From an uncultured bacterium (GTDB lineage Bacteria > Acidobacteriota > HRBIN11 > JAKEFK01): DNA of 64,000 bases. Below are positions 57,013-64,000 of this stretch, one piece after another. The DNA is taken from positions 1,344,001 through 1,408,000 of the forward strand of contig CAVZQN010000004.1 of the NCBI GenBank assembly GCA_963777505.1. The letters run 5' to 3'. The translations under genes and the position numbers were made by a program. The notes under the pieces are model-generated. The model was not told the DNA's origin. It saw nothing but the letters and a program-made list of their open reading frames with translations, and searched no databases. The stretch's first letter is position 1, and the number at the start of each line of letters is the position of its first letter.

Positions 57013-57554
57013 TGGAAAAATTAATTCTGCTCGCAGCAGAATTACAGTCAAGGCATTTGCCTCCGGTTTGTTATCATCTTTTGGACACGATCCAACCTTT
57101 TCCATCAGAAACCCAACCGGTGAACTTAGCTTTTGTGCCAGATGATCCTAAAAGCGCAAAACTGAAAGTGATGATTCGCGCTGATTCGATTGAAGTGACC
57201 GGGGACATTAGTAGTAAAGATCGAAAGGAGATCGAAAAAACAATGCGTGAGGATGTTTTAGAAATCGATCGATTCCCTGAAATCACTTTTGAAAGCACAA
57301 GCATCGAAGGGGAAAAGATTTTTGAAAATCAGTATCGTGTTCAAATTCAAGGAAATTTTACTTTGCATGGAGAAACTCGGCTCGAGACAATTGAAGCTCA
57401 GGTTACTGTAAATGGTGATCAGGTCCGCGCATATGGTGACTTTCCGCTACGCCAAACGAATTACGACATCAAGCTCGTTTCTGTCGCTGGAGGCACACTA
57501 AAACTGAAGGATGAGCTGAGAGTATCTTTCGATATTACAGTACAGCCGCAGTAA
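56993..57554 (+). pseudogene. YceI family protein, +1 frameshift at T-run 57131-57134 (probable sequencing error)
   Basis: METTII...SRITVKAFASGLLSSFGHDP joins VPDDPKSAKL...VLEIDRFPEITFES...GNFTLHGET...QTNYDIK when one T is removed. Confidence 0.82.
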
Positions 57555-57590
57555 CGCACGCTTACGGAGGTTGTCTCCAGAGATTTAAGT

Positions 57591-59862
57591 ATGATTCAAA
57601 GAATGCATATTCACGTTCAAGGAATGGTGCAAGGAGTCGGTTTCAGACCATTCGTATACAAACTTGCCAGGGAGCACGAGCTAACCGGCCATGTCTCTAA
57701 CAATACTCGTGGTGTGCATATAGAAGTCGAAGGAGAAGGAACCGCGATAGAAAATTTTTTGGGCGCTCTGAAAAGCCAGTCACCCCCGCTCGCTCATATA
57801 GAATCGATTCAATCAGACAACAATTTAAGTCCGATCGGATTTGAGCATTTTCAAATTGTTGAGAGTTCAAATCTCGAAGAAAGACTTGTGCGGATCTCCC
57901 CCGATGTAGGCACCTGCTTGGATTGTTTGGATGAGATTTTTGATCCAAACAGCAGGCGATATCGATATCCATTCACAAATTGCACAAATTGTGGACCCAG
58001 ATTTACGATCATTCAAGATGTTCCTTATGATCGGAAAATGACTACGATGAAATTGTTTCGTATGTGCGTTGATTGTGACCGTGAATATCACGATCCTGAA
58101 AATCGGCGTTTTCATGCTCAGCCGAACGCCTGCCCGAAATGTGGCCCGCAACTCAGATTTGTAGATCAGAGTGGAAACGTATTACACGCGGATGATGCAT
58201 TCAATGAAACGATACGTAGAATTCGAAACGGAAATATCGTTGCAATAAAAGGTATTGGAGGATATCACCTCTGCTGCGACGCGATGAATAACAATGCAGT
58301 GTCAATGTTTAAGAGCCCGAAAATTTCGCGAAGAGAAACCATTTGCATTGATGGCCGCGGATAATGAAGCGATCAGGAAATTTTGTTCAGTAAATGTTGA
58401 AGAAGAGGCGCTGCTAACTTCATATAGACGTCCGATAGTAATTTTAAGAAAGAAAGACGGATGCAACATTCCCGAAAGTGTTGCACCTAAGATTCATTCC
58501 CTCGGTTTCATGCTTCCTTACTCTCCGCTGCATCATTTGTTAATGGCTGAATTCAATAGTCCATTGGTGATGACGAGCGGCAATATTTCGGACGAACCGA
58601 TCACATATGATGATTGTGTTGCCATCGAAAGACTGGCGAAGATTGCTGATTGTTTTCTGACTCATAATCGAGAAATACACGTCCGCTGTGACGACTCTGT
58701 TGTCCGAGTTTCATCTGGTAAGCCATGCGTTATCCGCCGGTCTCGTGGTTATGCGCCTGATCCGGTGACACTTCCTTTTTCTATGTCGCTTCCAATACTC
58801 GCTTGTGGTGCTGAACTGAAAAACACGTTTTGCCTAGCAAAGCAGAATTATGCTTTTGTCAGTCATCACATTGGTGATCTGGAAAATTTCGAAACACTGA
58901 GATCATTTCAAGAAGGGATAGAGCACTTCAAAAAGCTATTCGATATCGAGCCCGAAGTGGTTGCCTATGACTTACATCCCGAATATCTATCAACGAAGTA
59001 TGCGCTCGAACTCCCCATTCCTTTGAAGATTGGTATTCAACATCATCATGCTCATGTTGCAAGCTGTATGGCGGACAACGGAATTACTGGCGATGTTATC
59101 GGCGTTGCAATGGATGGCCTCGGGTTTGGGTTGGATGGAAAATTCTGGGGTTGCGAATTCATGATTGCAAGCCTGGAGACCTTTCAGCGAGTCGCACATC
59201 TTCAATACTTGCCAATGCCGGGCGGTTCAAAAGCCATCCGTGAACCCTGGCGAATGGCTGCGACATATCTGCAACATGCATATGGGAAAGATTTCGTGAA
59301 TCTGGATTTGGACTTTTCAAAACGATTGGATTTTCAAATCTGGAAAGTGCTTGAAAAACTGCAGACACCTTTGACTTCTAGCATGGGACGTTGCTTCGAT
59401 GCTGTTTCAAGCTTGTTAGGAATCAGGGATTCCATCAATTATGAAGGGGAAGCTGCCATTGAACTTGAAATGATTGCGGATGAAAAAGAAGCAAATCGTT
59501 ATGAATTTGATATATCAGACGACAACACCACAATTGAAATAACTCCGGTAATTGTTGGCATCGTAAATGACATCCACGCCGGGATTTTGCCTTCACAGAT
59601 TTCAGCGCGTTTTCATAATGCAGTAGCAAACTTGATTGTCCGGATGGTTCTCAGAATCAGGGACAAGAATCAGTTGAACAGAGTTGCACTGAGTGGAGGT
59701 GTTTTTCAAAATACACTTCTGCTGAAAAAGACAATTGCGCTGCTGAAAGACGAACTCTTTCAAGTTTTTTTTCATCATCGTGTTCCTGCAAATGATGGCG
59801 GAATTTCACTGGGGCAAGCTGTTATCGCCGATGCGAGAATCAAGGCAGGACTTTCTATATAA
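57591..59862 (+). pseudogene. hypF: Carbamoyltransferase HypF, +1 frameshift at 58308-58310 (probable sequencing error)
   Basis: GMVQGVGFRPF, CTNCGPRF, FHAQPNAC, KGIGGYHL in first ORF; EKPFALM, QHHHAH, SSMGR, NDGGISLGQ in second. Confidence 0.92.
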
Positions 59863-59873
59863 GGAGGAAACCT

Positions 59874-60161
59874 ATGTGTTTAGCGATTCCAGGAAAAGTA
59901 ATTGAGATGCATGAATCGGAAGGAATTCTTTTGGGAAAAGTTGAGTTTGGAGGAATCGTTAAACAAGTTTGTTTGCAATATACTCCTGACGTTAAGACTG
60001 GCGAATGGGTCATTGTTCATGTTGGGTTTTCATTAAGCAAAATGGATGAAGAGGAAGCCGCTCGTACTTACAAATTGTTAGAAGAATTAAATCAGCTTTC
60101 TGAATTAGATATACCTGATATCGATTCCTCAGAAATTGCAAATATGAAGAGGGATGTATGA
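59874..60161 (+). CDS. hypC: Hydrogenase maturation chaperone HypC
   Basis: MCLAIPG, VIVHVGF. Confidence 0.95.
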   Translation: MCLAIPGKVIEMHESEGILLGKVEFGGIVKQVCLQYTPDVKTGEWVIVHVGFSLSKMDEEEAARTYKLLEELNQLSELDIPDIDSSEIANMKRDV

Positions 60162-61267
60162 AGTATCTGGATGAATATCGTAGTGAGGAGATTGCACAAA
60201 AAATAGTAAACGAACTTCATCGCATTGTAACTCGCCCATGGGTAATTATGGAAGTTTGCGGAGGTCAGACGCATACGATAGTGAAGTATGGATTGGACTA
60301 CCTTCTGCCTTCTGAAATTGAACTTGTGCATGGTCCTGGATGTCCGGTCTGTGTAACGTCGCTTGAAATGATTGATAAGGCGCTAGCGATCGCTCAACAA
60401 CCGAACGTAATATTTTGTTCCTTTGGCGATATGCTTCGAGTGCCAGGATCGAAAGTTGATCTATTGATCTGCAAATCACGTGGCGCGGATGTTCGAATCG
60501 TTTATTCACCGATGGATTGTTTGAAAATTGCAAAAGCGAACCCTGATAAGAAAGTTGTATTTTTTGCAATTGGATTTGAAACAACAGCTCCTGCAAATGC
60601 TATGGCAGTCTGGCATGCGAAAAATGCAGGGATTACAAATTTTTCAATTCTGGTTTCGCATGTATTGGTCCCGCCATCGATGACTGCGATTTTACAGTCG
60701 CCGATGAATCGGGTTCAGGGATTTCTGGGTCCAGGCCATGTTTGTGCTGTTATGGGATACAAAGAATATGAGCCTGTGTCTGCTCGTTATGAAGTGCCGA
60801 TTGTCATTACAGGTTTTGAACCTGTTGATCTCTTGCAAGGCACGTTGATGGTTGTGCAGCAGCTAGAATCAGGTAGATTTGAAGTTGAGAACCAGTATTC
60901 GCGCGTCATTACGCGCGAAGGAAATCGCCCTGCGCAAGATCTCGTGAACAAAGTGTTTGAAGTATGTGACCGTAAGTGGCGTGGAGTAGGTACAATTCCC
61001 AAAAGTGGTTATAAGTTGCAGTATGAATTCCGTGATCATGATGCTGAACGATTGTTTGAGGTAGAAGAAATCGATACTCAAGAATCTTCTCTTTGTATAA
61101 GCGGTCTTGTTTTAAAAGGCGTTAAGAAACCGCATGATTGTCCCGCTTTTGGAAAGGAATGCAACCCGGATCATCCTCTTGGCGCGACAATGGTATCTGC
61201 TGAAGGCGCTTGCGCGGCTTATTATACATACGGACGTCATCTTCAAAATGAAGAGGTTCACCCTTAA
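60158..61267 (+). CDS. hypD: Hydrogenase maturation protein HypD
   Basis: [36 protein letters not shown]. Confidence 0.96.
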   Translation: MKYLDEYRSEEIAQKIVNELHRIVTRPWVIMEVCGGQTHTIVKYGLDYLLPSEIELVHGPGCPVCVTSLEMIDKALAIAQQPNVIFCSFGDMLRVPGSKVDLLICKSRGADVRIVYSPMDCLKIAKANPDKKVVFFAIGFETTAPANAMAVWHAKNAGITNFSILVSHVLVPPSMTAILQSPMNRVQGFLGPGHVCAVMGYKEYEPVSARYEVPIVITGFEPVDLLQGTLMVVQQLESGRFEVENQYSRVITREGNRPAQDLVNKVFEVCDRKWRGVGTIPKSGYKLQYEFRDHDAERLFEVEEIDTQESSLCISGLVLKGVKKPHDCPAFGKECNPDHPLGATMVSAEGACAAYYTYGRHLQNEEVHP

Positions 61268-61872
61268 TGAATCGTACCGTTTCTGAAAGCACTCGCGAAA
61301 AAATAATGCGCAAGTGCCATGAAAGCATGGAAATGAAGGAGAAATTCTTCAGCCTCTACGCAGATCAAATTGACGTTCTTACTATGGAAATGGCGAAGAG
61401 GTTTTCTGAAGGTAAGAAGCTGCTTGTAATGGGAAACGGCGGCAGCGCTTGTGATGCTCTGCATGTCGCAGTTGAATTTGTGCATCCAATCATTGAAAAA
61501 AGAAAAGCGCTTCCTGCAATTGCGCTAATGACGGATATTGCTACGATAACGGCGATCAGCAATGATCTCGACTTTTCTAAAGTCTTTGTAAATCAAATTA
61601 AACTTATGGGACAGCCTGGAGATATGGCACTTGCCATCAGTACAAGCGGCAAATCACCAAATTTGATTTATGCATTACAAGCCGCGCGAGAAAAAGGAAT
61701 GCTCACGATTTCATTTTCAGGCAAAGACGGCGGACGTCTACCGGAAGTCTCTGATCATTGTTTTACAGTTCCATCCTTTAGCATTCATCGAATCCAGGAA
61801 GTTCAAGAAACTTTGTTACATATACTCTGGGATCTAGTCCACGTAAGCATGGGTGAGGAAGACGTAATCTAA
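61267..61872 (+). CDS. SIS-domain GmhA-like phosphosugar isomerase within hyp operon
   Basis: GNGGSACDA, TAISND, STSGKS, HRIQE. Confidence 0.85.
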   Translation: MNRTVSESTREKIMRKCHESMEMKEKFFSLYADQIDVLTMEMAKRFSEGKKLLVMGNGGSACDALHVAVEFVHPIIEKRKALPAIALMTDIATITAISNDLDFSKVFVNQIKLMGQPGDMALAISTSGKSPNLIYALQAAREKGMLTISFSGKDGGRLPEVSDHCFTVPSFSIHRIQEVQETLLHILWDLVHVSMGEEDVI

Positions 61873-61889
61873 TCCTCGAAAATAAAAAA

Positions 61890-62957
61890 ATGTCAGATCG
61901 CGATGATGTTTTAAATGCGCTATTGAATTCCTGTCCTATTCCCATTACCGATTACAAAGAAATAGTTCTTGGGCATGGAAGCGGCGGAAGGCTCACACAT
62001 CAATTGATTGAAAAGATGATGCTGCCACAATTTCGAAATGATTTGCTTGAACCATTACACGATGGCGCGATTTTTTCGTTGAATGGATGTCGTTTAGCTT
62101 TCAGCACCGATTCTTATGTGGTCAGTCCAATTTTTTTTCCAGGTGGGGACATCGGTCATCTTGCGATCAATGGCACAGTGAATGATCTTTCCATGTGCGG
62201 GGCAAAGCCATTATACCTTTCTGTCGCATTTATTCTTGAAGAGGGTTTCGCGATGGAAGATTTATGGCGGATCGTTCTTTCTATGAAGAAGGCTGCAGAA
62301 GATGCGGGCGTTACATTGGTGACAGGAGATACAAAAGTTGTTGATCGCGGTAAAGGCGACAAAATTTTTATTAATACGTCCGGTGTCGGTGTCATTGAAA
62401 CAGGTGTCAACGTTCATCCAAACCGAGTACAGGTTGGAGACCAAATTCTGATCAATGGTGCGATTGCAGCACACGGAATTGCAATTCTTGCCGTTCGAGA
62501 AAATCTGGAATTCGAATCACAAATCGTAAGCGATACAGCTCCATTGAATGATCTTGTCCAAACAATGCTTAATGCCAGCCACGAAATTCATGTTCTTCGG
62601 GATCCAACTCGCGGTGGTTTGGCCAGTACGTGTAATGAAATTGCCAAACAAGCGAAGGTTGGAATTACATTGAAGGAAAACCAGATTCCGATCGCTGAAG
62701 AAACCAAAGGGGCATGTGAAATTCTTGGACTCGATCCTTTATATGTTGCGAATGAGGGTAAACTGCTGGCATTTGTTGCGCCAACGGTCGCTGATCAGGT
62801 TCTTCATGCGATGAAGAATCATCCTCTTGGTAAAGAGTCGTCGGTCATCGGAGAAGTCGTGCAGGCACATGCCGGCACAGTCGTATTAAAGACCCGAATT
62901 GGCGGCAGCCGTGTTGTAGACATGATTTCTGGCGAACAACTCCCGCGCATCTGTTAG
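61890..62957 (+). CDS. hypE: Hydrogenase maturation protein HypE
   Basis: HGSGG, TDSYVV, GDTKVV, RDPTRGG, ANEG, C-terminal PRIC. Confidence 0.96.
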   Translation: MSDRDDVLNALLNSCPIPITDYKEIVLGHGSGGRLTHQLIEKMMLPQFRNDLLEPLHDGAIFSLNGCRLAFSTDSYVVSPIFFPGGDIGHLAINGTVNDLSMCGAKPLYLSVAFILEEGFAMEDLWRIVLSMKKAAEDAGVTLVTGDTKVVDRGKGDKIFINTSGVGVIETGVNVHPNRVQVGDQILINGAIAAHGIAILAVRENLEFESQIVSDTAPLNDLVQTMLNASHEIHVLRDPTRGGLASTCNEIAKQAKVGITLKENQIPIAEETKGACEILGLDPLYVANEGKLLAFVAPTVADQVLHAMKNHPLGKESSVIGEVVQAHAGTVVLKTRIGGSRVVDMISGEQLPRIC

Positions 62958-62978
62958 GTAAAATTTTCTTCACACTAA

Positions 62979-63014
62979 GATCGCCGAGTTAACTCTTACA
63001 CTAACTCGGCGACC
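62979..63014. terminator. Hairpin between convergent genes
   Basis: tcgccgagtta...taactcggcga inverted repeat; may also be a family C variant. Confidence 0.55.
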
Positions 63015-63031
63015 TGTGCTTCAAAAAGACT

Positions 63032-64000
63032 TTAATTCACCGTAACGGAATCGATACTGCCAGTGGAACCTCGGGACTGGAAGCCAATTGTGCCGGTTGG
63101 ATTTGTCCCAGCGCCTTTAGGCATTGTGATTAGCAAAGTATTGTTAATAAAGACCTGGAACTGGGTTCCGTTAAAAGTGATCCGAACGTCGTATGTTGTA
63201 TTTGGATCGATAGTTGCCAGGCCCTTTGCTTTAGCAACAATGGATTTGTTCACTTTTTGTTTGAGATTCCACGAGTCGCCTTGCTCATTCATCATCAATT
63301 CAACGGTGTTTTTCCTATCGAAGTACCAGGCCAGCAGCCAGACACGACTTTGTGGGCCGCCTGGTGATCGCATTTCTGCTTCAATTGTGCAATTCGAACA
63401 TCCGGTGAAGATAGGTGTTGCCACAACAACAGCTTTCTTTCCTGTTGGTGTCCCGGTTAAAAGCCCGCCTGCTTCAGCCCATGAGGGTTTGACATAGGTC
63501 CAGCCAGTGCTCAGAACGCTATCATTGAAATTGTCACAGAACAAACAGGTAACGCTTGTGATGACAATCGTGTATGAACGGCCTCCTGTGCAATCATTCG
63601 AATCCGTAGCTGTTACTACGAATGGAAAGTTTCCTGTTTGGGAAGGCGTTCCAGTAAGCGATCCATTGGACCCAAGAGTCAACGATGTAGGAAGGGACCC
63701 TGAAGTAACCGCATAGGTGTATGGTCCGGTGCCGCCAGTGGCAGTGATCGTTTGACTATAGGGTGTTCCCAATACTCCATTCGGTAGTGTTGCAGGGTTT
63801 ACTGTGATCGGTGCGCAGCCAGTAGCAGTGATTGTGAAGTTTATATTGGAAACATCAAAAAATACATTTCCCACTGCTTCTACTTTTACGCGAGCCATTG
63901 TTGAAGCGATAAATGGCACCGGTACATTTTGACTTCCATCATTCGGAGTTGATGCAAGTAGGACTGTCGGAAATGTTTGTCCGCCATCCGTTGAAAGAAG
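63032..64000 (-). CDS. C-terminal part of large secreted protein (putative Ig domain + beta-sandwich); 5' end outside window, possibly reprolysin-like metallopeptidase
   Basis: Frame open to 64000: LLSTDGGQTFP...STPNDGS...ARVKVEAVGNVFFDVSN, then TATGGTGPYTYAVTSGSLP He_PIG-like module and CLFCDNF domain. Confidence 0.75.
   Translation of the reverse strand, partial: LLSTDGGQTFPTVLLASTPNDGSQNVPVPFIASTMARVKVEAVGNVFFDVSNINFTITATGCAPITVNPATLPNGVLGTPYSQTITATGGTGPYTYAVTSGSLPTSLTLGSNGSLTGTPSQTGNFPFVVTATDSNDCTGGRSYTIVITSVTCLFCDNFNDSVLSTGWTYVKPSWAEAGGLLTGTPTGKKAVVVATPIFTGCSNCTIEAEMRSPGGPQSRVWLLAWYFDRKNTVELMMNEQGDSWNLKQKVNKSIVAKAKGLATIDPNTTYDVRITFNGTQFQVFINNTLLITMPKGAGTNPTGTIGFQSRGSTGSIDSVTVN

Noticed and set aside
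57131-58310. Programmed ribosomal frameshifting in yceI/hypF
   Set aside because: No slippery heptamer with stimulatory structure; same +1 pattern in unrelated genes points to assembly error
280-63716. Numerous short antisense or alternate-frame ORFs in the track
   Set aside because: Nested within well-supported genes, no motifs; shadow ORFs except the frameshift fragments noted

Overview
Bacterial chromosomal window (GC roughly low-40s by eye), probably an uncultured Acidobacteriota-like lineage (inferred from a GWxTD protein, GGV-repeat TonB module and group 1h hydrogenase layout). In order: partial GWxTD gene; dprA-topA-trmFO-xerC; AMIN amidase; type IV pilus operon pilMNOPQ extended by three Cys-rich/PKD lipoproteins; TPR-roadblock(MglC-like)-accB-accC-thiE-DUF4416; RemA-like gene; TPR-TonB-ExbB-ExbD-ExbD; divergent membrane pyrophosphatase; NSS (+ small subunit), AtoE, DedA and two APC transporters; a small island of odd signalling genes; GH47; Trx-TPR; rsmB; MrfA-type helicase; a PAS kinase/NarL pair; a group 1h (high-affinity) [NiFe]-hydrogenase cluster with YceI but no hypB; and the 3' part of a large secreted protein. 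Several REP-like palindrome families fill the intergenic spaces. Four clear and one possible +1 frameshift suggest assembly insertion errors. Best novelty candidates: a cytoplasmic YceI plus one-TM protein in the hhy operon (possible quinone relay), a 113-aa ORF joining two contractile-injection-system motifs, a rod-shaped candidate ncRNA between two promoters ahead of pilM, and the pilQ-linked lipoprotein trio with an MglC-like neighbour. All family calls come from motif recognition by eye; no searches were run.
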